A stretch of 60,000 nt of DNA from Lama guanicoe (Eukaryota), in assembly GCA_013239625.1 (NCBI GenBank), contig MU053652.1, positions 5,013,902-5,073,901 of the forward strand, in the 5' to 3' direction. Below the pieces are notes generated by a model. It saw nothing but the letters and a program-made list of their open reading frames with translations, did not search any database and was not told the origin of the DNA. Every line of letters begins with the position of its first letter. Position 1 is the first letter of the stretch. Positions 12,901-25,000 of this stretch are shown here, one piece after another. The position numbers and the translations under genes are program-made.

Positions 12901-15900
12901 ATGGGGGTTACTGGGTTTATTCAGGACTGCTACTATAAAGCATGAGTATAACAAGAAAAAAACTACAGGGAATCCAAAAAGCTTAAACTGAAACTTTTGG
13001 AGAAAGTTTCTCCAAAGTCCATTTAGAAGCCTGTAAGGCAACTTTGCAGAGAGCGGTATCCCTGGAAATCGAAAGCCACTGAAGAGAGATGTAGATCTCA
13101 TTTATGAGACCTCATGGGCAAAGAGTGGTTTAAAAAAAAAAAAAACTCCACAACTTACAAGGCCTGGATTAAGTGGGTAATCTAAGTAAGTGGGAAAAAG
13201 CTCTAATGACAAACAAACAAGACTGAGAGAATGCAGTTGTGTCTCAGGTGCCTTCCAAATATGAAAGGAACTTCTGCGGACTGTTCTTGCTCCTACAAGG
13301 TCTGTGCCTGGCAGCCCTACATCGGGATCTGGGACCGATCCCATGGCACTGAGACTGAGTGCAGCTCCGTGGGCTTTGTCGGAGCCCTTGTGCACGGGTT
13401 GTGAGGAAGCGTGTGACGTGGCCAGTGGTATCTAGCTACTTGAATGAAAACCCGTGGCGCCCCCTCAGGGGCAGCAGGAGAGTGTGCTTGGGCTGCCTGC
13501 CCACACCGGACACCACATGTGTTTTAACTCCCCTGTAGTGCCGTTCACTCCAGTTTTATACAGAGGGCCAGGATCAGGCGCTGCCAAATCCATCCCATTA
13601 GTTTGGGGAACCCTTGGGAAAACTTTCTGAAAGGAACCCAAGGTGAGCAAAGACCTGAGGCTTGGGGGCAGATACTTATCAGTGATGAAGACTTTTTTTT
13701 TTTAATCCAGTTATATCTCTGTTTGAAAGGGGGATGTGAAAGGTGGTACCCATAGCAACCAAGATTAAGTTGTTATAGGCACAGTATGCACTGCTCACCC
13801 CAGGGCTGCCCATTACCAGATTTCAAAGCACTTCCCTCTAATTTCAAATTACCACACCATTTACACTCCCTCTCCTGCATGCAGGTCCTGACATTTTCTG
13901 CTCTGAGGCCGGCCAAACAGACATGCCCGCAGGGCAGGGGAAGCACTGAGCAGCCCAATCCTGGATGCTGCTGCTTTTCACCATCGCTACTAAATGGCTG
14001 GTAGGAAATGCTAACAGGTTGACAAGATGGCACTGAAAAAATCCACACTGAAATGTGTTTTTCTGGGGACACAACAAGAATGGGATTAGAGCGGAGACAT
14101 CTGGGCACATCCAGAGACAGGTGCTGTACTGGAAACATTCCAGCAGAGAGCAGCCATCAGAATTCTGTAAGCTTCCCATTCTTTCCCCTCATGCCCACCA
14201 GGTAGAAGGCAGACTAAGGAATCTTTAATACTCAGAAAGAACCTTAAAGCAGGAGGGGGGGAGAAGGAAAGGAAAAGGAACCCATGGGAAAATGCTCACA
14301 GGTCTGACCCTTTTGTACCCTTCTACTGGCTCTTGTCAGCTCTGCAGAGGACAGGCCTGATACCTACACAAGATACTGTCCCCTGGTCTCATCAACTCTG
14401 AAACACCGAAGAACACCGAAGCAGGAAGAGTAAAAGGCAATAGTAAGACGCCGAAGTCACGATTTAGGAGGTGAGGATTCTTTTCACTTACCTTTGACCT
14501 ATCCATCCAGAGACAACCAATGGGCCTAACGAGAAACAGAAATCCACATCTCTCTTTTCTCGGCACAGGAAATCCAACTGAGATGGTGAGGGCTCAACAT
14601 CCCGATTAGGAGGCTGCACCACCCTCAGACCAACTCCACGGGAAGTGGTGCCACCGCGAGGGCTCTCTCTGCCTCAGCTGCGGACAGACTGGCTCAGAAC
14701 TGCGATGTGGGTCTTGCTGTTTCCCTCACCTCTACGTCCCAGCATCACATCAAGATCAACAGGCCAGTCTGATGGAAATGATTCACTAGGAAGCAGGAGA
14801 GCCAGAATTCGTCTTTAAGGGGTCTAGCTCCAAGGTCTGTGGCTGCCATTAAACCACGGCAAACGAACTTATTTTTACTGATCTCTTTATTTCTCTGTTT
14901 CAAACCCCCCCAAATTGAAATGACTATTCAAAAAAATGGAATCCCTGCCTCTTTTACCCTGAGACACTCCACTGGGTCCTGGAAGTCTCCTTTGATGCCT
15001 TCTACTCGTCCTCAGGTACTGGGCCTTCTTAGGTCTCTGATCATCCTAGTCACTCACTTCTGATTCTTCTACAGTCGGCTGATGTCCTTCCTAAAAGAGT
15101 GGTCCTTGGATGGACTATCATACTCCAGGCCTGCACTGAGCAGGGATGAGCCAGCACTTGGCTCCACCACTCTCTGGATCCTGTACTTTTGGGTTAGAAC
15201 AATAATTTTTCTAAAATCTGAGTTGTTTCTCCTACCCGTTACCCTTTTTCAGATACTATTTTTCTTCATGTCTATACATTCTGTACTTTGGTAGATACAA
15301 CTACTTTGCTTGAAGGCTGGAACTACGTCTTATGCATTTTAATATTCCTAGCAAAGTGCCCAGTGGATATAAAAAAAATTATGAAATGGCCATGCGATTG
15401 AACGACCCACAAGTACGATGAGGCTCATTCTGGGGATGATTCATGATCTAAAGATGGAAGATAATCAGGCTGTAAGTGTAGGCTTGCACTTTCATCCTCA
15501 TGACCAGTGGGTGATGGTCTGCCTGCAGGGATGGGGAGCGGAGGGCAGAGCACTGAGAGGCCGCAGGCAGGAGAGCTGAGACAGGAGTTTACGTGCCCAG
15601 ACAAAAGCAGAGGGAAAAACGATAGATGAGTAGATCCATTTCTTTTAGGCAACTCTTCCTGAGAACTGAGGACACAGGCAAAGTTGTTCTGCCTAGACGA
15701 ATCACACCCAGCTTGCAAAAGAAAACGGTCCATATCTTCTTGGATGCTCCTGTGTCGTCTCCTTTGGGAAGTCTCTTCCATTCCTCAATTGTTGTCTCCT
15801 CTGCGTGCTCATCCTATGTTGCCTACACTTTTCATAACTCCATTTTGTTTCTCCCTGTTGAAGTTTTCCATGTGGCTGTTTCAACTACTACACTAAAAGA

Positions 15901-18899
15901 TATCCAAGACAGCAGAAATTATCTGATTCGTTTAGGCACCATCCACATCCTGTCAAAGATGACCATTCTTTTAGCAGCCTTGTGAAAATCTTGGCCTCAT
16001 TAAAAGAGACTCCCCCAAATCTGTTTATTGTGCTAATACTTTCCTACGAGTGACCCTTCAGGACCTTCTGACATGAACTCAAATAATTCATAATGATATC
16101 TCTGGAAGCGAAGAAGTAGGGCAGCCCCAGACAAGTCTCATGTCAAGCTACCCATTTCCAGGAACTGGACCCAAGTGAAAGCAAGTAGGCGGCGGAGACA
16201 GACTCAAATGGAGAAGTCCCAAGAGAAAGAATACCCCACTTTACACATAACCATTAAGTTGCAATCCAATTAAAGTATCTGAAAAGAATTCGTAAGTATC
16301 AGCAGACCCTGTAATTGCTTAATTAAGGATAGAAGCCCAGCAAACACAACTATAATAACAGCCTGATTCATTAGCACCTCTGTGATAGCAGAATGGGATT
16401 TCTCACTCAAACATACATTGGCCTTAATTGTGTAATTTGGTTAGGAACTGGTAATCAATGGGGATCCACCATTCCGGGGATATTCCTGTTCACCTTCCCT
16501 GTCCTCTCTCATTAAAGTTTTGCCTCTACTGAAACAGGCAGTTGATATTCCCATTAGGATTGGCTGGAGAAGGGATATTACAGAGAAAGAAGGAAATGAG
16601 GTACTTTCTTCAAAGGCATTCAGGGTAGAAGGACAGACACATGGCCAAACCTTCAGTTCATCATGCACCTACCGAACACCATTTATCAAATTCCAGACAT
16701 CCAGAAGCCTTCCTCATTGCCTCTCTTGTCATGAGGCAGCTCTAAAAGGGGACTTATAATCAAAGAGAAAAAAAAAATGCCAAAGGGAAGTCTCATTTTC
16801 TAGTCTTGTTTCTTGTGACTAGGGAACTGGTTCATTACAAGTCACCTGCTGGGATCCACATGGGAATCCCCTGTCAGGTGCTGCCACCTCCTAGGTCATT
16901 TGTACTTTTGAGTTCCACCCCTGGTGACCGACCTTCTACTCCCCACCACCCCAAACCCAAACCTGTCTTGGTCCACAACTCCTCCCACATACCACTGTCC
17001 TACACCCAGTCACCTGGAAATATAAAAAGGGTTGGGGGGATGTCAGTGAATTAGAAGCCTCCAAATATCTGATACGAGACTCTTTAGATACGAGACCGAA
17101 ACTTCAAATGATTATTCTCTTCTCACTCAGGCACTTGGTTTCCAGGCACTAACTGGACCCCTGCTATGCATGGCCAATAGGACAACTTCCTGAATTGTGC
17201 CCTCAGCATGACCCAGATACCCCAGAGCTAAGAAAGTAATGCAAAATAAGGAAATGTAATATCAAGGTCATAGCACAGGACACACACTCCGTGTCCACTG
17301 GTGCTTTTAAATAAAAACGTGAAGAATGGGCCAAGTGATTTGCAAATTCGTGCCTCAGTATCTCTTTAGACAGGATACTAAGTAAAAGGTGACACCCAGC
17401 ACAAGTGAAAATAAACCAAAAATGAAGATTGAAGGTAAACCGCTGCTGTTTTAAGAGAAGGAAATGTATGGAGCTCGTTAAATGCTAGACGAGGGAAAAG
17501 GATGCTTTTGAACAAATGTAGGCTGCCCGGGGAATCCTGGCTTCCCTGTTAACTCCGGACAAGAACTGACTGTGACTGCCCCAAGACTGAAATAAGGATG
17601 CACAGGAGGCGGCCACAGCAGCAGGCTGAGGGACCTTGAACAGTCTCAGTCTGATGCTCTAAGGTCACCTGCTCACCAGCCAAACCTAAGCCAGGTGCTC
17701 AAAGGACTAAAGGGCAAGAGCTTTCAGGAGGCGCTGACCTGTTAGCTACAGCTGACTCTGCCCAGCCCCACCTGCTATCCCATCTGACCGAGCAATCATT
17801 CCACATACAGGGGTGCAGGAACCGTGACAGAGAAGCCAGCTGGCTTGGGCCAAATGCCACTCCCTATCAAGCTGTGGGGCCGTCTGCCCAAAAAAGGCCA
17901 CATAAAAATGGAAAGTGTCCACCCCACCTTGAAGTCCAGAGGGCTCCCCAAAAGGCTGGGATTAATGGGACCAGCACATATGGGACAGCAGAACAGTGAT
18001 CGCGACTTTCCCCTTGAGAACCACAACGTCAGCCCCGCTCCTGGCTGCCGGGAGACGTCGCTGCCAGCAGATGCCACTTGTACAGGATGAAGACTGCGGT
18101 CACAGAGAGCTGCCAAGCTGTGCACCAGGACCACCGCCCAGGCCAGCATCATGTTGCTCTACACTCGTGTTCAGCTTTGTGTTGGTCTCAGGTGACCAAG
18201 GGGCCCTCCTCTCTCTAGGCTACCCCCTCCACCTGTGTGCGCCGTTTCATTCATCCATCTCCTCTAGGTCACCGCCCTCTCAGTCATTTATGTGCGTCCT
18301 TCCTGAGTTCCTGCTCCTCACAATTCAGACCAGAGCTTCTCACTTTCCCCTTGATTATCTTCTCACTTCATCTCTTTTATATCCTCATTTGCCAAGATGA
18401 TTTTGTTGAGTTTTACATTCTATAATTGGCACTAAGAAAACAAGAGGTCTACTGAATAGCTTTTCCAACTGTCCATGCCACATTCAGCTCCAGTTCTGAG
18501 TGAGAATCACAGTTATCAAAGGACACAAGCTGCTGACATCCTTAGAATGTTACCTTGACCCTTCAGCTTTCACTTTTCTGGACTTCTTTTTCTGTTCTGT
18601 TAGATTTTTGTGAAGAGCAGGCTATTTTTAATTCTATTCCTTATTGCCCACGTTTACTCCCCAGTCGCCTGTAATCTGCTGTTAGCTGAATGAACGCTGA
18701 TAAAACTGCACTGACAACAGTCATCTGTGACTTACTAATTCCTAAGTAGTATGGAATCACTGCATAGTTTTTACCTACCTGATCTGTTAAGGTAAAACCT
18801 GTCCCTGGCTGACTCCTGGGAATTCCTCCCTCCCTCGGCTTCCAGAAGAGTGTTCTCTCAGGATTCTCCAACGAATCCTCTGACCACCGATGATCTTCC

Positions 18900-19620
18900 T
18901 AGAATCTGTTCTCAGCGTTGCTCTTGCAGGTGGAGGTCAAAATCTGCCCAATAACTCAAGCCTTGGACCTGTTTATTTTCTCTCCTATACTCAATGTCAC
19001 CCCCAACTCCTGACCAGAAAAACCCAACCACTCCCTGAATTTGGAAGTCTTCCTCCTAACTACCCTTTCAGTCTCTGCTTCTCTAGCCTCCAGCCTCGTT
19101 TGTTACAATTTCGACCAAAACAAACATTCTTAACACAAGTGTGAGCATGTCACGCTCCTAACACTGAGAGGGACTCTGAAGGTCCACAGTACATCCCACA
19201 CAAGACTAGCTTCCATCTATGTTTCCAGCCTCACCCCACTCCTCACTCTTTACACTCCACCAGCACCAAAGGGTTCATGGTTCCCTGGACACATCAGAAT
19301 ATAATCATACGTCTCCATCTTTGTACCTGCTGGTACCCCTACCTAGAATATTCCTCTCCTCCTCCCACCCCTCCCATCCTGTCCCTACAACACTGCTAAC
19401 TCTTATTTGTCCTTTAGAGCACAGCTTAGGTGTCAGCAACTAGGGCACACAATCACTGATTCTCCAGCTAAATAACCCCAAGCATCCACTCCCACCTCTG
19501 CTACTTCTGAGCATTTAAAATCATTCTGTTATCTCACCTAGTGCCCAACACTACAGTTTGTTTACATGCCTGTCTTCCCTCCAGAGCTTACTGAGACCAA
19601 GGACCATGTCTTACCAGGAT
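18900..19620 (+). mobile_element. Degenerate L2 3' region
   Basis: Pyrimidine-rich L2-like text ending gtttacatgcctgtcttccctccagagcttactgagaccaaggaccatgtctt. Confidence 0.55.
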
Positions 19621-19864
19621 GCAGGGTTCCTTGCTCCAAACACAAAGGGAAAAGCCAGTGGCTTTTCTTTTAGTGAGCTTTTTGCTTAGTCAGGAGGAGG
19701 CGAGGACAGCTCCTTCTCTTGATTTATTTGAATTAATGGGTAGGTCAGAGTCTCCATGGTAGAGCCAGGGCTACGTGCACACACACGCCGCACAGCTGCG
19801 CCACTCCACACAGTCAGGGAAAGCTCTGGTTATGAATTCATTAAGTCTTTGTGAGAAGAACAGG

Positions 19865-20075
19865 AAGGAAACATTCATCGATGATCTGCTTTATGGCACG
19901 CTTGTTCTGAACCTTTACACATCTCATTAAACCCTCACAAAACTCCTGAGAGGCAAGAAACTCTCTCCAGTTAACTGATGTGTAAACTAAGGCTTGAAGA
20001 GAATAAAAAACCTCCCTCAAGTCCCCTGCTTGTACATAGCAGAGCCATGATTCAAGCTGAGGTTTGCTTTCTCTT
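19865..20075 (-). mobile_element. MIR SINE (antisense)
   Basis: catctcattaaaccctcacaaaactcctgagagg...ctgatgtgtaaactaaggctt...gcagagccatgattcaa. Confidence 0.75.
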
Positions 20076-21946
20076 ACAACACCCTGTATCCCTGACAGGT
20101 TTCTAAAGAAACCAGAAGATGCGTCAAACAACTGCATGGAGTACGGCAGGAGAAAAATGTAAAAGCTTGTATTTTTAACAAGTATTTGTTTCTGTAATCT
20201 GTCTTTCACGATGTACGTTAACTCAGACAACACCTTCTGAATTGCTAAGCTTCGAATAAGGCCAAGTGCACGGAGGAACCGGCTGCTGCAGAGTCGAGTG
20301 ATCAGGCTTCTTGTGTACAACCAGCAAGGTACGACCAGAAGAAAGACTCCAGCCAAGACAAGTCTAAGCTCTGAGCCGGCTCCATTCAGGTCGTTTTGAG
20401 TTTAGAAGCCAGAATGTCAATGTTTTCTTTTCCCCTATAGATCTGTGGCCAAGTTTCCCAGAAAGAATAATACTGTTTATCTCTCACACCTTTGGGATAA
20501 AGCTCTATGCTGCCAGAAGGATGCTTGTGTTTTGCAGGCAGAGAGCAAAGAACGAGCTGAATATATACCTCAAAGCCTGTGAACAAAAAAACGCACTGCT
20601 GAGAAACTCCTCCGCTACGGGTATCTTAAGGTCTCTTGCACACACGTTGCCCCTCCGCTTACAACGCACATTAGCAGGAATGGAAGCACAGCCCTCCAGT
20701 GAGGTGTGGATTTGTTGCGGCCTTTCTTCTCGAGAGCTGCCCCTGAGCTGCCTGTCAATCAGCCCCTTCAGAGGGCCAGCCGCTGAGTAGCGATCATCAA
20801 CTTCTTAAGAGCGAGCAGCAGCCTCAAGGAGGAGGAAGGCCGAGCAGCAACCGTGGGCCTCACAGCCACGTGCTCAGTGATTAATTTCATGTAATAATCC
20901 ACTGAGCTGGGGCCTGAGGGAGACCCTTGTGGAGAAGAAAGTATCCGTGCCTTCAAGGAGAGGGAGGCTGAGGCAATCCAGCAGGGGATGGCAAGCATGA
21001 TCCCGGTTCTCTTCCCCTGCTGGCAAGTTCTACTCAAGAGTTTGATGGAAGAAGTGCTGAGGCGACAGGACAGCTTCAGAGAAAGCGACGTGCATCGGGC
21101 AAACACAATGGAATGTGTCTTGGGGTGGGTGCACGGTGTGGAAGTAAAATGACCCTCGCCCTCCAAGACCATAGCCTCTGCAAAGTACTGGCTGGAAACA
21201 AGTAAGTTTTTCGCTGCTGGCAGAGAAGAAATGAATGCTCCTGAATGCATACATGTAAATCAGCCCCTTCAGAGCGCAGAGAGGTGTTCGTGCGTAGTCT
21301 TGCTGGCCTGTGAAATGTTAAGCGACTAGAAAAGATAGGATAAGGAAGATGGACAGTCAGCCAGCAAAGAAAGGAGGAAGGCTCACCCTGGCATGTCAGC
21401 CTTAGTGCCAGATGGAAATAATGGGGACGGAGGGGCCCGTGAAGGTCATGTCATGTGTGGGTTTCCATAAAGGATCTGGATCCTAGTGATTTGCAAAGCA
21501 TGAAAGAGACGAACGGCACTGCCTGGGGAGCTACAAGGACAGGGGGTCTCAGCCTCCATGGCCCTGCTCATGTGTAACACCACAGGGCAGTCTATCCCAG
21601 ATGCGACACACCAACCAGGGGAATCCCATCAGTAATGTTTTCCCACGTGTGGAATTCCCTTCACCGGGGCTGTGGGAGGGTGGGTGCTGTCTCCTAAGCT
21701 GTCCTACACTCCTGCGGCCTGTGGTTGGTGGAAATGAGCAGCAGCAAAGGACCAGCACCAGGTCTGCAGGAACAGACGGATCAAATCTAGGAACTCTGCG
21801 TTTATATCCCATTTCAGAGACTGAAGCACCCACGTGGGCTCCAGGTCCTGTCGGCAACAGGGGGGAAGGAGTGCACATGACCTCCGCTGATGATTTCTGA
21901 GCTACAGGAAGAATTTTCGGAACAATGCATAAGACACAGGACTTAC

Positions 21947-22088
21947 CTGCAAGCAAGAAGGTGATAAGGCAAGTTTCCTTTGGCAAATACAGCTTGAGAC
22001 GAGACCCACTGAACACGTACTCCACCACCGCTTCAGAACGGCCTGCCCGCTGGAGGAAGGGCAGGAACTGCTTTGCTTTTTGGGTATC
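21947..22088 (-). CDS. SND1: SND1 coding exon (probably exon 15), start of SN4 domain
   Basis: Acceptor ctgaccattcttcttctcgcccccag|G with a ctgac branch-like site, donor CAG|gtaagt; 142 nt, phase 0 to 1; encodes [47 protein letters not shown](G). Confidence 0.97.
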
Positions 22089-25000
22089 CTGGGGGCGAGA
22101 AGAAGAATGGTCAGAAAAGTAAACGCAATCTAGGCAAATGTTTCTTTCTCTCTGGTCTAGGGCAAAAAGTCTGGCCGACCACAGGAAGCCAGGCAAATAA
22201 CCCTAGAAAATCAGACACTGCTAAAACCAGGACGGACTTTCATAGGAGAAATGTAGTTAATCAAAAGCTTCCAGAACATTGACTCTCTGCTTCCCTCTGT
22301 TCAGTGACGAAGCACTCAGTGGATGTAAAAGTTAAGAAGGTGCCCTGAAATGAGAGTTTCACCTTTCTTCTGGGACAGGACAGAAGAGCTCTTCTTCCTT
22401 CTACATAAAATTGAGGGGAGAAAACCAATACTCACTTTCTGTGGAGGTTAAACTGAAACCTTAATTAAAAAAAAAAAAGTGACTCCCAGACTCCGTGATA
22501 TAGCCCTTTCCCAGGAAACTCAAAGCAGTTCACCTTGACTCTTTCACAGATCATGTGGATTAAGTATTTCCTAATGAAGGGAAAAGCGCAGCCTTCCCTG
22601 GGCACCAATACCGTGAAGTCCTGCTCTGTGCGCTTTTCAGGAAAGTCAGGACCCAGGGCACACCTCTCCTGTTCCCGGCCTGGGATATCTGTAACAGCAG
22701 GATGTCATCATCCATGGGGACCAATAAATACCACAGCGTGTCAGAGTGAGTAATTACAGACACAGTAAAAACACATGAAGTGGCATAGCGCTTTAAAAAA
22801 TTTTTTTTCACACATTAACACAAAGTGCATGCATTCTACTCTCAAGGGTACCAAATCACAAACCTTTCCAGCCTCAGAGCTCTCAGCTTCAGAGGAGCTC
22901 AGAGCCTTCAAATCCTTTCAGTCTCTCAAGCTAATTAAACAGATGATAAGGTAAGCAAGCATTGAAATATCACATGGCATGTGCTGAGGGAATAGTCACT
23001 GGAGGTCAGAATTCCGCAGCTTTGCAGAGCAGCCAGCAGACCTGCCAGCTCCCTCTGAGGACAGCGAACTCTCTGCACAGTCCCGACTCCTACGACCCAA
23101 GCAGTCAGCACTCACCAAGCTCTTCCTTTCTAACTCTGCTCCTAGCAACAGAGCTATTGTATCTAAATTAATGCACATTAGATAATGAAAGTTTAACAAG
23201 CCATCGAGTATTTGAGAGTCTTCACAGCAGCCAAAGGGGCTCCTCTCATTCAGAAGCAGTGAGGTAGGCTGGGATGAAAACAATATTTATAGTAATGAGA
23301 TTCATCCTTCCCTTCAAATAGATTCTCAGAGAAAAGGAGACAGTCATCCATTCTCAGTATCTCTAAGGGTGCACTGGTAAAAAGTAAGGCTAACAATGAG
23401 CTTTAGGGGGACAGAAACTCCCCCGGTGAACACTTAAGCAATACACATTCTACTAGACACATACAGTGGGGAAATGCCTTCCCGGCAGTTGGCTGCAGTC
23501 CAGGAGAGTCAAGCAAGACAAATGCTCCATGGGAAGGAAAGCACTACCTGATTAAAATCCTTTTGCCATACCAGTCTAAATCTGGGACATTATTCATGAG
23601 CTGAGCCAATAAGTCAACCACAATTATCAAATTGATTATCGCAAATCATGAGGCAACTTAACGTCTCCAAAGAGAAGACCTTTTCCCTCAAGACTGCACT
23701 AATCTCTATTTTTCAGAAACAGACGTTTGCTCATCACTGTCTCCTGGATGTATTTATCCGAGAAAAAGATGCTTACAGGAATACAGTGGCACACATGCAG
23801 CCAGCCCCTAGGGTTAACACTAAAAAGGGAAGTTGTAGCAGACTCTCCTATTTTGCTAACCGATTACCTATCTTACCAAGAGAGATACTTAGGCTGAGGA
23901 TCAAGGAGAAATTAAGGGACATTACTGTCAGCCATGCAACAAAAACATACAAACAAAAAGACCCCAATAGATGTTCCTGATTCCTCCTAAGTCTCAACCT
24001 ACAACTTGGTCCTATCACACAAAGAAAATATGGCAAGATGGTAGAGGATGTAACATGTCATCAGTTATGACAAAGATTAGAAGTGAAAGCCAAAGGTGAC
24101 AATCAAAGTCATGAAAGCAAATTTCAAAAGCCTACCAGAACTGGCCATGTTTATTTCTAGAGGCAAAATTGCAAGACAAGATATGGAGAAGAGGATATGC
24201 CTATGGATCACCCGTTAAGGGAAGAGATGGAAATCTTGCCCAAGTTGGTAGATTTGGGGGAATAACAAATTCTTACAAAGCCAATTAATTACATTGAATG
24301 TAACCCCCAAAAGATGTCAGCTCTTTCAAATTTCAGTCACAGGCAGACAATGGTGTCTGTCTTTCCTTGTCATCTCAAGCTCTTCCTTTGCTTGCCAAGT
24401 TCCTTTTCAACACAAAAACTCTTGAAACCTTTAATATTTGTTTCAGTCATTGGCTCAAATGAAAAGACTGGTAAGGCAGATTGACAAGTTCCTGCAGGTG
24501 GTGGAGCCATAAATCATTCTCTGCTAATTCAGGTATGGAAATTTTTTTTTATTGTAGGAATTTTGATTATTCTACTATAAAATGGACTAAATGTTATGGT
24601 TAAATGATTTGCTTTCCCAAGATACAGCAATGTGCTAGACTAACACCCATTTCTAAGGTTACAGCAATAGGTATATAAAAGAAAACATGATTATGAGAAA
24701 CAGTATAGTAGAGGCCGGCTAAGGCCCTACTGAGGAGTTTAAGATGCCAGGTGGATCTTAAGGGTAGCCAAGTGATAAAGTATAAAGGATGTTATTAACA
24801 TGACATTTTAAATTCTCCTCCAATAACCCTGAAGCAGGATCTTCTTCTAAGATTTAGTGAAATTAAAGATTTCCTTGGAACTCCAAACATATTTTAAAAT
24901 AAAGATTAATGGTCTCAAATTTAAAGAGATAACAACATTGAGACTTATGACATAGGACGCTCATTTCAAGGTAAGACTATCAAATATCAAATATTTCTGC

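Noticed and set aside
19841..20356. 171-aa minus-strand ORF
   Set aside because: Runs through a MIR fossil; no homology recognised
20757..20800. Box C (TGATGA) and box D (CTGA) on the minus strand as a possible C/D snoRNA
   Set aside because: Boxes span only about 40 nt with no terminal stem, too short for a snoRNA
20768..21250. 160-aa minus-strand ORF spanning the interval between the direct repeats (possible retrocopy)
   Set aside because: No recognisable protein similarity, no poly(A) tail, and the repeat ends lack an L1 endonuclease context
1..21946. Nested LRRC4 gene or SND1 intronic miRNA
   Set aside because: No long LRR-encoding ORF here; from memory these lie in later SND1 introns, outside this window
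21549..22196. 215-aa minus-strand ORF
   Set aside because: Only 21947-22088 is SND1 coding; the rest is read-through into flanking intron beyond clear splice sites
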